Positions 1 through 13,774 of a DNA stretch of 64,000 nucleotides are shown here, in pieces (position 1 is the first letter of the stretch; the number at the start of each line of letters is the position of its first letter). The position numbers and the translations under genes are program-made. This DNA is from Tubulanus polymorphus (Eukaryota; Animalia; Nemertea). The stretch covers positions 7,688,001 to 7,752,000 of the forward strand of contig NC_134025.1 in the NCBI RefSeq assembly GCF_964204645.1, in the 5' to 3' direction. The notes under the pieces are model-generated. The model was not told the DNA's origin and made no database searches. It saw only the letters and a list, made by a program, of their open reading frames with translations.

Positions 1-86
1 TCGTATTAGATTTTCTAGTTTCTCAGAAATGTAATTTCTCTCAGAGGCTGTAAATTTTCTCAGAGAAACTAGAAAATCTAATACGA
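1..86. repeat. Perfect 24-bp inverted repeat (fold-back/MITE-like), possibly cut by the window edge
   Basis: 1-24 tcgtattagattttctagtttctc is the exact reverse complement of 63-86; spacer 38 bp. Confidence 0.85.
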
Positions 87-3000
87 AGTATTCTTTAAAT
101 CAATCTGATCAATGAATAAACCCAGAACCTTTTACTTCTCGCAACAAAGCTGAAGTCGAGTCAAGAATTTCAGTTGCAACGCCTTTTGTTGAATAAACAA
201 TCTCAAGTCTTGATCAATAGACTATACTTAGATGGTCGGGTTCTTAGAAAGGTTTTCGACGACCATGATCAGTTTCAAGTATATGGACCTGGAAAACCTT
301 CTCCGATTCACGAATCGATATCTAGGGATGGCCGTGTATCTTGGCTAATGATGAGAAGAACATGTCTCTCTATTTCTCATCTGGGAACATATTACATCCA
401 GATAAATCGCTAAGCTCAAGCAGAAAATGAATCGCACCTAGATCATATTCCCAGACTTATATCCATGACAACAGCATAAGTGCCACGCGAACTGTCATCC
501 GAGTACACGTACACGTAATTGCATAAAATGGGCAAATATTTCGTCGAAATATTGGACAAAAAGTGCGCGTCTCACGTAGATAATTGATTTCAACTTTTAG
601 GATTCTCAGGTGGCGCGTGATATTACTGCAAAATGACGATGTAAAAGAGCGTAGACTCAAGACCGTTTTAAAGACCCATAATACGATGGCACCAATTGGG
701 AATTAATCGGTTTGAGATATTCTGCTTGGTAAAGAATGAGATTAAAATCTGATTCAGTCCCCAAGAGTCGAATGACGAGTGTGATTGAGACAGAGATGAG
801 GCAGATCTTACAGCACTATTATAGCGTCGGGGCGGCTTTATTTTTTTTCAAACTTTGGCATTTGGTTGAAAGGAATTCTTAAAAACTTCATCCGTAAATG
901 GATGTACCGAATATTAAAGAAATACATTAGCGAATTGATTGGCTATTGTCAGATGGCTCAGACGTCGCCTAACAGAAATTCTCAATTTCCGGCTTCTTAA
1001 TGTCACCGTATTTCTTTATATACCATTCAAATAATCCGGATTTTTGCCAATCACTGATAGGTATTATAGCACAGCTGTCAATCTTAGATGTTCATTTGCA
1101 GGTATGCCAACGAGTTCTGGATATAAAAACACAGCCAAATATTGCGACGTGGATTAAGAGAAGGAAAATGTAAAAAAATACCAACATCATTAAGGTCAAC
1201 ATTGTACAATGTTGAAATTAACTATAGAAGTGAATCGGATGTTTTCCCGAACACTAAGAATTATGTTGATATTCCCGGATGGTGTTCAAAGAGAATGATG
1301 GAAATTGATCAGACGGCATATTTGAATACTTCGCAGAGTAAATGTTAGCAGGCAGCGGAAATAGAGCCGTGATGAGGAAATCGTTGTTTCTATACATTGC
1401 CAGTATATAAGTACCTCGGCTAAAAACTTGAATACAGCATGATCCATGATGCCTCCTAGTAAATGTCATTTGATTTAAAAGAATCGATGATTTATTCATT
1501 TTTCAATACACGAACTGCTAAACTGTTTAGTATCGGGGAATTTATTATCATTAAAAAATGAACACATCGTCCTGAAAACAGGCCGTGTTATGAGATTTTT
1601 TTAACAACTGGAAACTAAGACATTAGCCGAACTGTTTTTCGAAATGCGATAGCCATGTCCACCCAACAGCAACCACTTCAGAGATGCATGTTTACAGTAA
1701 ATGGAGTAAGGGCAATAATATAAAAACAATTATTGAGTTTCTTTCAGTTTCTAACGGAAAATGTAGTACAGAACTGCATGGTGACGAAGCTTCCATCCCT
1801 GCGAGAACTTTTAAGCATTTTAGAGACAGTAGTGGATATCCACTAAAAGTTATCCTCTTTTTTCAGTGAAATCCACTTGAATTTGCTTGAAAACACGATA
1901 ATATAGCGAGTATGACGTCGGTCAGAAGTGGGAAAAGATTAGCACATGCTTTTATCAATCAAAAGCGCTTTAGAAATAAAATGCAATTTCGTGGGTATAC
2001 CGTCAAAATTGCATTGCGACGATCGGGCATCATCGAATTGTTTCAATCACAGATGGCATAAACATGACTCATTCACGTCATTCTTCGGAATACAGACGGC
2101 AAATGAAAATTGTTAACGAACCCAACGTCTAATTCAGATTTCATCGTTGGATCGAATCGGACAGTTTACAACTGAAAGGTTTTGAGGTTAAAAACCACAT
2201 ATATGCATCTATTTACCTATTTAGAACATCGAACATCAAATGTTCAGCATTAATATTGTAAAGCAATTCTGAATGGAGGGTAAATCCAAGATCATAGGAG
2301 CGAGATAAAGCCAGTACAAGCCTCTGGAGGATCGAAACAAACATCAATCACCGTTATAACGACGGGATTTCATGACTGAGGGGTTGAGATTCAGTGTTGA
2401 TGGCTATGACGCTGAGAGCATCGACCATTAAACCAATCTGCAGCATCAGAAGTGTATGGTTTCAGTTTTTATGGTCTCCTACTGAAGCGTCCCGGGGACA
2501 TTATTTTCTTTACATTTCTTTTTGATGGTAAAATTATAGAAACATTCAAACATTATTTAAACTACGAAAGCCAGGACACTTTCTTATTCCTTTTTTTAGA
2601 GATGAGTTAATTCTGAATTAAAAATTAAACGGCTGCTTGCCGACGAAAAATGAAATTGGATAAAAATCGAATTTGAAAGTTTCAGAAAAGAATTCTTCTA
2701 CTACTTAAAAATAACAGAAATAATATGTACATCATTGTAACGATAAAAATGTACATATTATATAACCTATTGTATGAATATATAATGTGAAAACAATCGC
2801 AGTAAATAAAATTATTAATATATATAATCATGTCCCCGGATGCTTCGACAATTGCCTCATTTCTGACGAAATTCTGGTAAAACTCAAGAATATTTTGCCC
2901 GCCATTTTGGCCATAGCTGTGAAGCATAAACCAACTCCGTCAACTTATCAACGAATGTCCTCCAGGCTCATCAGTTACATTTTAATAACTCGAAGATCAA

Positions 3001-6000
3001 TAGCGTCGTTTACTTTAACCCTTTCAGTTTTTAATTATCAACTTCACGATGAAAATAGAAGCCACCACCTACGGCGTTGATGAAAATACACAAAAAAGAA
3101 ATTATGAATTAAGTGGAAAGTTTTTCGACATGCCTCTCTCGAAGTTAAAGCGTATTTTCATTGTATTTCGAGTTTAGAAATAAATGCACATCTGAGATTA
3201 CTACATTTGTAGTAACAACAGCAAATATCAGTACCGTGATAACTTAATGAGAATGTTGGAAATTCTACTTAGATACGTTCATCACTATACGAAGCATCGA
3301 AAATGCGTTACAAACTATTTAACCAGTGCTATAATGATACCAACCGGTAATTACATGCCTCAGGATATGAGATATGCGAATTTTCTTAATGGTATGATAT
3401 TCTGGTCGTATGTTTTACATAGCTTTGAAACCTGGATTCTCTTTCAGCTATAATATGCATGCACGATCGGAGTAGCCAGTCCTTTGATGAATCCACTCTG
3501 ATGACTGCTATCGATTTAACCGCTTGGCGAAATACAAGAATGATGAATTTCTCAAAATAACCCATTTGAAACCTAATGGACGTCTTCAGAGACGGGGAAA
3601 GTCGCAAATAAATTGCTTCAAATAACACATTTCGTAGCTCCTTAGTTGCAAATAACAACATATTGGCCAAAAAGATATCAATCAGTGAGGGCAAGTAAAT
3701 ACTGTGATTGTGCTCTCATCAGAAAGCATCGAGCAATTACTGGATCTTTACATTATATATCAAGTCATATGTAGATCAATGATAATCTAGTTAACCTTTT
3801 ACCGAGATATACGAGGGTTACTTTTGGGTACTGACGCGTTTTATGTATGTTTCCTTTGGTCGTGAGCCAACGCAGATAAATTGCTGTATAGTACGCTGAA
3901 AGCAACACCATGTACTGAGTAATTCCTCATTATCTCTGTCAGTAATAACGTTTTTCATTTTCCGATTTGCATTTTAATCAACTGTTTTATACGCCATATC
4001 GGTTAGGTTGAACTGGACTTCGAATCGCTGAAAAGTGTAGAGAATAATACATCATGCAGTGAATTCTAAATTGAACGGATGATCGCCGCATTTCTCTAAC
4101 AACATTTCAGAAAATCCTGCAGTCAATAAACACATATTGCAAATGCTACGAGAACGGACTGTCGCCGCCAAGGTTAACCCCTTTATTCATATTACGAGTA
4201 AAAGTAAACGTATAAACGGATGGGAAAATCGAATTAGAGACAGCGACCCGTTAATGATTTATGCTGTGTAAAATCTCTGGAGGTCAATGTATCGGATAAA
4301 TCCAATAATGTTGCTGATGCCAGGTTTCCTTTATTGAGTAGATTGGCGCAAAGCCGGTTCGTCTGATAACTACGATGACCGGTGCTGACATTTATGGCCA
4401 GAAAAACAGCGGTTTCTTCTGACGTAGACTTTGATGTGACTTGACGTCAGTCGGCTTGTGTTCATCGGAAGAGAAGGGGAATAACAAACTGAGTTCCTGA
4501 ATAAAATATCTGATTACAGGTTTTACCTGTGATTAGATTATAGATTTACTGGCTGGCTCGCATGCCGTAGTCGACATTCTGTATTTTCTGAATGCCGCCG
4601 AATTTACCATTCGATGAGATACACTGTAAATATCGAGATATTCGCGAAATACTTTCTAGGTCCTCGTGAAAACCCATAGGGCCTCTAAATGGGAATGATG
4701 AATGACAAAGACGTAGCATATCTAAAACCTATAAAAAGCATCAAACAGATTTATCCAGTAATCAGAGGCGCGAGGCAAATACGGGGATGATACAAGCGGA
4801 AGAACAGTGAGTGAACCATAATTATTGTGGGAATATATGAAAATTTCGTATGTAATCATAATGACGGGTCGAATTGCAAAATCTATATTTTGTACTCGAT
4901 CACTTTTACGTAGGATATAATCATACGTAATTGCGGTTGGTTTTTCTTAAAGACGTGTAGAAATTCAATTTTCATACGATTTAAGGAAGAAGAATGACGC
5001 TTGTCTGTATTTGGGGTTTTGGGGAGGTGTAATGAAGTTATGCATCGTGGATACTAAGGTTAATGCATCTCACGAGTCGGGGACTTCGCGATCAAGCGTT
5101 TATGCTTCAGGGCTTCTGCAGATAGCTGTTTTCCAGTGGCGCGATATACGACGAATACCTTTGGCGTTTGTCAATAGATACATGCGCATAGATAGATCGG
5201 AGGACAATCTCTGAAACCATCGAAGAATCGTTGCTCAAACCATAACTCGTAATTCGCGATATTGTAAAAAATGATTTTACACTCATATTAAACGAAAAGC
5301 ATCATATCAATTCTCATTTACGCACAAATACGTAGCAGAAAATCCTCGAAGCATTCCATGATGTAAATTATACTTTCTTGCAAAAAATGGACACAGTTGT
5401 CCGGGGTAGATTGATCGTATAGCAGGTTTAGTTGCGACTGTTCAGTTACAGTATGAGTATCTTTATAAAGCGGATGGAAAAATGAATATTTGGCAAATTG
5501 ACATAGACTCTGGGTAGATTAGGCGACGGTTATTCATTAAATGACAACACGGATCAAGTTCGGATTCGCCGAGAATCGTGATCTACAACGACTAATGTCG
5601 ATCTAGACTCTAGTCGATTAACGGTACAAACCCAGATATAGCAAGAAATACCGTCGGCTCTATCGATGACATCAACTGTCACTTCGTCCGCGGCTCCGAA
5701 TCATCCCCGACAAAATATGATATAGCCGCCGAGAAAAAAACAACATATGTTACGGGATTACGTCAATCATCGATACGTTAATATTTGATGGGTCACAATC
5801 ATGTTTGGGAACATTTTTCCCTGATCGATTTCATGCTTATTTTTCGTCATTATTTGTTGTAGCCTGCGGTGACAAGATGTCTTCGTAAAAAGACAACGAG
5901 TCAGTGTCCATAATAGAAGCTTAACTAACTATAATCATCCTGGTGTGAATTTCCCGTTGCAAGTTCAAGAATAGTTCGATTTCTAAATCTACTTCCAGAC

Positions 6001-7059
6001 AGATGATCTTTAATTTGTAATCCGTCTGGAGATTAAACTGCCATCGCAGACACGCAATAACATTCAGAGCTCGCGTGCTTGCATATTTTTCCATCTTCGC
6101 CAAATTATTCACAAGATTAGCAAAATAGCCGTCGGCTTTAGATGAGAGAGAATATAGGATTGAGAAAAGGTAAGTAATCAACATCCACGAAACTCAACTA
6201 GCAATCGCTTTTAGCCATAGGTATTGCTCAGTAGTTGCATGTTTCATCGTTGACATGAACGGCGTATGATAAGGACTAATACTGTTACCGCCAACAGTGC
6301 CAACCCGTATGCAAGAAGTCATGCCGCCTGAGAGACCGGAGGACATGCCGCCACTTGCGTGATACGTCTAAATAATGAAAACGTGCAGTCAGAAATAGTG
6401 AATGTAATTGAAGCTGCTTTTTGATTAGTTTTTTTACTTTGATTAGTTGTTTTCATTTTCAAAGACGACAGAGACATCTGAATGTTCGTCGTACACGAAG
6501 CCCGTTTAATCATAAATTGCGCAATTGATCTCAGTCTTGTTTGAGCAAAACGGAATCAACGACAAGGATATAAATGTATCGCCTCGCAGAGAATTTATTA
6601 TTAAACTATGCCCGTATCATAACAACAGCTCTGATGAGAATTTATGAGCGGCTGACATGAGATTGAGAGTAGAATCCTTAATCGGTGGTATACTTCTCTG
6701 TCTATATGATGTGGGAATGATTTATCGCGCGGGACAAATTCCGATACCAGAAATTTACAATGTCTAATTTTTTCGTCGTGTTGATGGCAAAATGCGACTG
6801 CATCATCCGTCCTTGTTAGCTCAATCTGATTGAAGAACATTCAATATCAATTTTGTGCAAACACCCGCCATGATTGTCTAGCGATCTTGCTCGTGAAACG
6901 CAATTTACCATTGGTTATGTATATGTTATGTACGTCGAGCAGTGTCGCTAATTTCATTTAGAGGCCGCATAAAGAGCAGCCGCTGATTGAGGAATAAACA
7001 TCACGGCGAAAGAAATGAAATGCCACAGTAGCCTAAACTATATTGCAAAAATTCGAACA

Positions 7060-7283
7060 AAAAATCATATAAAACACCACGGTAGAATAGCCACACTCAC
7101 ACGTGTCTATATACCGAATTCAAAAGATTAAAGTCATCTCATCCCTGACGATGATTTCTAGTGAGAGTTCGAAACGTCGTGTATATCTTGATTTTTATTC
7201 TTGATAAAAAAAATTCGATTTTGATCTTTTAAATTCTGTATATAGTGGTATATAGTGGGTTTTAAAAATCATATATAACACCA
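7060..7283 (+). mobile_element. Short retro-insertion with 20-bp flanking direct repeats, an internal inverted repeat and a hammerhead-like core (Penelope-like relic)
   Basis: Direct repeats 7060-7079 and 7264-7283 (19/20 identical); inverted repeat 7107-7135 vs 7217-7245 (25/29); CTGACGA...GAAACGTC at 7145-7178. Confidence 0.6.
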
Positions 7284-7310
7284 TTTCGTTTCATAATCAT
7301 TGATACTTAC

Positions 7311-7405
7311 GAATGTTGCATTGTCCATTAATATATGCGACGTATTCGTCCCAACATTCACCTGAACTAAGGCCCCATCATCATCTCTATGAACATATGT
7401 ATCAT
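7311..7405 (-). CDS. DPP10: DPP6/DPP10-like 'exon 4' (start of beta-propeller)
   Basis: Acceptor tcttcttttttaaag| and donor |gtaagt; 95 bp, phase 1 to phase 0. Encodes (D)DTYVHRDDDGALVQVNVGTNTSHILMDNATF, similar to DPP10 DTDVVYKSENGHVIKLNIETNATTLLLENTTF (recalled). Two N-glycosylation sequons (NTS, NAT). Confidence 0.93.
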
Positions 7406-7504
7406 CTTTAAAAAAGAAGATAATAACATGTTTAAGCTATTCAATATCTTGTTTGCCATCTTATCGATACGCGTATTTCTGCGATCACCTCGCATTCATC
7501 AATC

Positions 7505-7897
7505 GTTAATGAAACAACTAAACTTAAAAGCTTATTGTCGCCTTGAAAAATAACACATATATTGCTTAATATTGTCGACAATAGATAATAGAATATAAAT
7601 CATACAGTATTAGGGCTCAAAATAATTTTGGAATTGAGTATATCGATAATTGAATTGAATTTACCGGCAACCAGTCTAGCCCCGATATATTGATGACGTA
7701 GTAGTGCACATGCGCTAAAAGATTATTATCAAAAATAGAATAAAGAGTTATGAAATATATCTAATTACAAAATAAACGCCAAAATTCACAACTGTAATTG
7801 TAATTTTGAAACGCCAATATTGATGACGTAGTGCACATCGACTCACGTAGAACGCCTTAAATAACGCATATTGTTACGGTTTTTACGGCGTCAAAAA
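7505..7897 (+). repeat. Dispersed repeat family, copy A
   Basis: Matches 25694-26033 in reverse orientation through shared blocks tattgtcgccttgaa, ccggcaaccagtcta, gtaattttgaaacgccaatatt, atgacgtagtgcacatcgactcac and tttttacggcgtcaaaaa. Confidence 0.8.
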
Positions 7898-8340
7898 GAC
7901 AGGTTATTTGCATCATTTGCATCGCCGAGGCGTCCACAAAGAAGCGGAACGATCGTTGAAAAATTAACGCTATGGAATTTAGGCATCCGGTTGAAGTGAT
8001 CTAATTTGAAAAACCTCCCCAGCTGTAAACGTTCATTACGCGCTTCATTTATTCATCGAATGACTTCGATAATGAAAGGGATACTGATAATGGCAGGTCA
8101 TTAAACCAAACGGTAAAATAGCTTCATAGCTTTTTGGTAATGAAATTTTACCAACGTTTAACAATATCACTTTGGGCATTTTGCTAAATGTATTCTAGAT
8201 AACTTACGTCCTATTACGATCGATATAATGGATCTATTGGATGCGGAGTGAAATATAGATGATGACATTCTTAAATTTCTCGATTTTGACATTGAAACGA
8301 ATATGTACACATATATCTATAATATGTAGAACATGCTTAC

Positions 8341-8436
8341 CGGTTATCCATTGGGCATAAAATGTTTTAGGCTGAAGTTTAGCGTCAAAGAGATCACTGT
8401 ATTGTAGGTTAATGCCAACTTTTTCATCTTCGTTTT
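8341..8436 (-). CDS. DPP10: DPP6/DPP10-like 'exon 3'
   Basis: Acceptor tttcttcttaacag| and donor |gtaagc; 96 bp, phase 1-1, in frame with the TM exon. Encodes (K)NEDEKVGINLQYSDLFDAKLQPKTFYAQWIT, matching the family pattern L-x-x-x-D-L-F...W-I. Confidence 0.93.
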
Positions 8437-8455
8437 CTGTTAAGAAGAAATAGAA

Positions 8456-8566
<111 letters not shown>

Positions 8567-9059
8567 AATAATTGACCACGACCTATATAGAATTCACGAA
8601 CGTTTTTATGTCAAGGTAGGTACAGTAGGTATAAAATCTCCCTTTAAAATCCTATTCATTATCATAAGAATACCAAGGACGAATGTTCTGCAAAACTGTA
8701 CATGCCAGCGTATGCAATATGTATGCCGACAAAGTAACCTCGAGTTGTTTTGCGTATAGTGGTCATTTCATTAGGAACTTATAGGAAAGGAATAATAAAT
8801 AAATCCTGTTACTTCTCTCTTCCGGAATGCATTATCAGTAGTTCCTTTTGATATCTTGTACATCATAAATTATTGAACAATGTTACCTCGTGATACAAAA
8901 AAAAAACAAGACAAGCACTCCTCGAATAGAATCGTGTACTGATTCTAACAAATCCTGAAAACTGTGAATCGGGTATATACTGGCTAAAATTGGCGTTCGA
9001 TACAACTGTCCCAATCTCCGCCACATTTGAATCGTGATGCACATTGGAGCAGTTTTCAC

Positions 9060-9073
9060 GTTGCCATGGTGAC
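9060..9073. promoter_or_regulatory. RFX X-box-like motif GTTGCCATGGTGAC
   Basis: One mismatch from the X-box consensus GTTNCCATGGNAAC; a plus-strand gtaagt donor follows at 9084. Confidence 0.45.
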
Positions 9074-12000
9074 AAGCACAGTGGTAAGTAAATTCTCTTA
9101 TTGTCAAAGTGAGAGATGCTGATGAGAATTCACAACAGCTGGTACACACGATAAAGATGTCCAAGTCTCATTATCATCATATGCATAATGTAGGTTGCGA
9201 TAAACAAATATATAATTCTTATGATTTCACACCGTTGAACTGGTGATAATCGATTATAGACCAGTCAATCATAGCTCTAATAGAAACAGACTGTATCGAT
9301 TATCGAACCGATTGACCACCTACGGACAAGATGATATGACAGTCAGTGAGGGTGATATGATACTCTCTAAAATCCGAGTAAGGTCATGAAATGATTGTCT
9401 ATGCCACTTCTTCGTGAATATGATTCATAAATAAACAACATGGTCTAGATGGTTCGAAATAAGGAAACAAGCTGAAAAACATTGGCTTGGCGGATATTCA
9501 GGTTTGCATGCAAAATGTTATTAATAAACCGAGAACATCTGATCGAGCTAATGTACAAGCATTAACCGCGATTTCCTCCGAATGCATGCAATTTTGAATT
9601 CAATTTATTTCATATCGTAGATAAAACATTTTAATGCCATTAACATGCAGGGACTCTGGATCCGTTCAACTACACATGATATACACAGCTCTCTATGAAT
9701 GTTCACGAACAACAATTTTCAGATTTTCATCGGGCTGAATTTTCATGAAAATTGGTAAAGCTGTTGGATACGGAGTACCATTAGAATTATTATAGAGATC
9801 CAGCATAACAGGCAAATTTCTTAAAGGAATGTTCCATTGACTAGAAGGGGAGAAAATTTGGTGAAAACCCGAGACAGCGCTGTAGTATTAATCATTTCGT
9901 TGAGAGTGTTCCTTATTTACGACGTAAGGTAAGCAGCGTAAGCTCAATTGAGGAAAAATCTCAGGAAATTGCCGCATTCTGGGAGTTTATGTGAGTGGCC
10001 TTAAGGAAGCACCCCAGACGTGTCAGGCTAATTAGTGAATCTCCGTGAATGTGTTACATTAAATCACCAAGTTTCTCACTAAAGTCAGATTCACCAGTGA
10101 CGGGTGTATATATCACCGCAGCATATAGAAACACCGGGCAATATAAGCGCTTGTTCAAACTACGTTCATTCAAAATACATTTTTGTAGATATTGCAAACA
10201 AACTGTGAACATAACAACAACTATGTGAATTACACGCATGTTTTTTAATGTACAGAAACTGCAGCTCTCGGCGCTTTTTCACTTTGTTTTAAAATCAAGT
10301 TGTAAATAGATTAACCATCATATACCTATGTATACGTATTTCAATGACCCGGATTTATACAATGATTCGTATATGACACGACAATACAGCCTTTCGTACA
10401 CATGTGCTGTTCAAATTCAAATTGAAATTTCAACAATATCTCGAATTCTATATTTCTTTTTTCAAAGCCGATATGTTGAAATTCCAAAAGATCCTGTTCA
10501 ACAACAACTAGAGAAGAGGGTGCATTTCATTAGAGCTCAGTTAATATATCAGTTTGATAGTACACATCGACCAAGTAAGGGAATGAATCATATGAAAAAA
10601 ATATGGACGAATGAATTAGTAAAAATCTGACTTTCATTTATTTTCATAATCGCAATGTTGACCAGTTCCTTCTTTTCATAAAGAACAATACGATATCCAT
10701 TTCAAATATCTTTTGTTTCAATCAAGTTGTTTGTCGGCAGGCATTTTGGAGTTGTGGAGTAATTGACTGTGCTATAAGAATGTCATTTCTCATGTTGCCG
10801 TCCAATGCAGACGACCAATATTCATTTTTCTGATAACGCAGCAGGAATGCTGTTGACGACAGCCATATCAAAAACTTTGATTGGAAATTGATTGAACGAA
10901 ACTGCGAGAACAAAATTGGAATACGATGGTGCGATATCTTTTTGTTATATTTTTGTTATGGATATTCGTATGATGAATGCATTTGGAAGGATGGATATTT
11001 CGTTTGAATGATTCATTCCCCACATACAAATAATTATACCGACAAACGGTTAGATTATTAACTACCATAGCCAGGCCAGTAGGATCCTGAAAAAAGGTGA
11101 AAACATGCAATCGTAATGAATTACAGAATTACAGAAAAATTAAAACGAACAAAAATATTGAAAAACCTAAGATGTAGCATAGCACTTGCACAAGTTCTTA
11201 CGGATGCGATACATTTCTTATAACTGATTATCAAGAGGCATGTCTATGACAGTCAGTGATTGGAAATCAGATTTCATAGAATTTGTGACTTATTTGAAAA
11301 ATGACTACTACCTAAACTATTAGCGCGCTTATATAAAAACACGATTTGCTTATTGATGTTGATTTGGATATTTGAACGGCTTAGACCGCAACCATTAAAA
11401 ACGTGTGACGATTGAAATTAGTTTTTCTCTAATCAGTGATGCGTTATACTAAAACCGATCTGCAATCATCCAAGGAACACTAGTCCCAGTGACAACTTTC
11501 CCCTGGAAATCAATGCAGCTATATTTGTTTTAGCATGTCTAATTCGAAGGACCACGCGCGGGAAACGTGAGCTGAATTCGAAAAAGCCCACGAATCTCGA
11601 TGGCATACGATAGCTCTCCAGTTGTAAGTCCTGTTTGTTGAGAAAAACAGCTTTTCAAATACAACTGCAGATGTTCTGTGAGACTAGGACTAGATTTTTG
11701 AAATCGTACCCCTTAAAGGCGAGCTTCTTCCAAATGTATATGATTCGCAGAGTAATATTTGAATCATCAGGATTATCCAGTTTAGCTTATCATTGTGACC
11801 ATATAATACATATCGTGGATTACAATACAGAAGCGGATTAGCGTTCTCTACACTAGTTTATTTTTTTATAGGCCTGGCTTTCGTATACGTACAATGATTT
11901 CCATTAAGAATATCTATAAATTCATTAACTTGTACGACGCATTTCGCGAAGTTTTTAAGTTGCTTTACACAGGAATACCATATCGGCCAGCTGTTTTTGC

Positions 12001-12510
12001 TTTGGATGATCATTATTTTCCCATTGCGTGGCGTGTATCAGTGATGTTTCCAGTACACGCTGACGCGGGGCGATTCGAGCGTATAAAAGCAACAGTGAAT
12101 TGATCCAACTGAATTCTAGACGGATTACAGAAGAAGTGCATTCATCTTTAAATGTAACTGTTGAAAACATCACGCAACAGCACACAGCCAAATCTTATCA
12201 AATTGATATATCAGCACAAGTAAATTCACTCGCTTCTTCATTTTAGAAAATAATCAAATCATTCGGAATCAACTCATATTATAAAGAATGAAAACTATTA
12301 CGACTAATACTGAGATTTTAATAAAGAAGTTAAAAATGCCAATAAGCCCGATGAGCACAATACATATTCTAAACTATACGAAATAACCGCAATAATCTAA
12401 GAGAGAGGTTAATCATCAGTAATTAACAATTCTCTTTGGTGTAGATGAACTATATTTGAAAAAATAAAAATGATATTCGGATCCATTGCCTGAATGGGTA
12501 TTATACTTAC

Positions 12511-12625
12511 TGGGTGTCACAAGAATAACTGCGGTAACGATTAGTGCGCAGACTATGAGAATAACTAGAAGCGCTATGCCAATACCACGCCAATTCCGTT
12601 GCTCTGGACTATTACCTACAAGTTC
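12511..12625 (-). CDS. DPP10: DPP6/DPP10-like Kv4 auxiliary subunit, common transmembrane exon ('exon 2')
   Basis: Acceptor tgtttctatttccag| and donor |gtaagt; 115 bp, phase 0 to phase 1. Encodes [38 protein letters not shown], very close to the vertebrate DPP6/DPP10 juxtamembrane+TM segment (recalled as [38 protein letters not shown]). An invertebrate gene would be co-orthologous to DPP6 and DPP10. Confidence 0.96.
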
Positions 12626-12869
12626 CTGGAAATAGAAACAAGAAAATTAACTTTAATAAATTATTTGACGCCTGCGAAAAAATGTAGAATTTCTGGGATA
12701 AGCTAATGTGGAATTGCAAATTTGAAATCGAAGTTTTAAGAAATTTGGGGAATTATGAGATTTGGCGATGATACAGTCTTCGACTGGTCTAATTAAAAAA
12801 AATTGTCAACTTGTGACCGACTTCGATTCACTTTTGCTCTAAGCTGGTCTGAAACTTCATTGCCTCCAT

Positions 12870-13162
12870 GGTTGAAGAAAGAGCTCTTCTGATGTCTGCT
12901 TCATCATGACTTCGAGCATATCGTGTAGCCAGTCGGCCCGGTCCCGGGGCCCGGTTTGGCTGTCACTCGATATCCTAGACTTGAGTCTGGGTTGAAGTAG
13001 ACATCGTCATTTAAATAACTTATTCATGTTATTCTGTATGAATTACCCATGTGTCTTGTATTTTGTATTTTCTTATTCTAAAATTTGTAACTTTATTGAA
13101 TTTGGGAATTTCATCCCGGAATTTCAATGTAATAAGGATATATAAAGTATTGAATTGAATTG
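12870..13162 (+). mobile_element. Probable non-LTR retroelement (LINE/SINE) 3' end with a long stem-loop and (TTGAA)n tail
   Basis: GC-rich fold-back at 12891-13005, then a T-rich UTR-like stretch and aataa...aaagtattgaattgaattg, a tail typical of CR1/L2-group elements. Boundaries approximate. Confidence 0.45.
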
Positions 13163-13668
13163 TCACCTTATACACATGCCATCAGTGGACGCGGAGCCGT
13201 ATATGACAGCTATGCTATTATAGATTGCTAATCTCATGAAACCTGCATACCCCTAATATCGAACATATTTTCTAAAACATTTGAATATTGAAATTATTTG
13301 TTTACACGTTTTTATATAGACCGCTTGTAGCCGCCGATGAAATTCACGCCGGCCCTACTCAGATCGTAGATAGCTTCGTCTTTCCACTAGCATCCCCATG
13401 TCAGGGTCTGACTTTTATATCAGACTTCCAAATCGTGTATACATCCGCCATTTAACCGAATAATCCGATTTACTTATCATTTCTATTTATGCCTGCCGCT
13501 CCTGATATAATCATACATCCTTTACTATTACAATACCTCTTATCATGATATTCAATGCAATATAACATTTCGACGTTCAAATAGAGGTCATTATATAATC
13601 ACAGGGAGCCATTCTACATCTTTATCAATAATATTTTGCCAAATAGCTTGTATGTGTACACATAAACC

Positions 13669-13774
13669 TGTGACGTTTTGCACATCGATTTACGGTTGTC
13701 GTTTGTAAAATGACGCTGAATGGTTAACATTGTTTAAGTTTCATAATGGTAACGTTTTATAAGGCGTCAAAAAA
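13669..13774 (+). repeat. Dispersed repeat family, 3' fragment D
   Basis: tgacgttttgcacatcgatttac ... gtaacgttttataaggcgtcaaaaa resembles the end of copy A. Confidence 0.45.

Noticed and set aside
576-5210. Three minus-strand segments (about 5159-5210, 2217-2268, 576-625) that chain in phase after exon 4: RLSSDLSMRMYLLTNAK/ELLYNINAEHLMFDVLN/SNITRHLRILKVEINYL
   Set aside because: Only vague similarity to DPP10 exons 5-7. Sizes and phases differ from the conserved pattern, the S-P/A-D-x-x-Y-V-L and Y-A-x-W motifs are missing and the splice sites are mediocre. The true exons probably lie outside the window.
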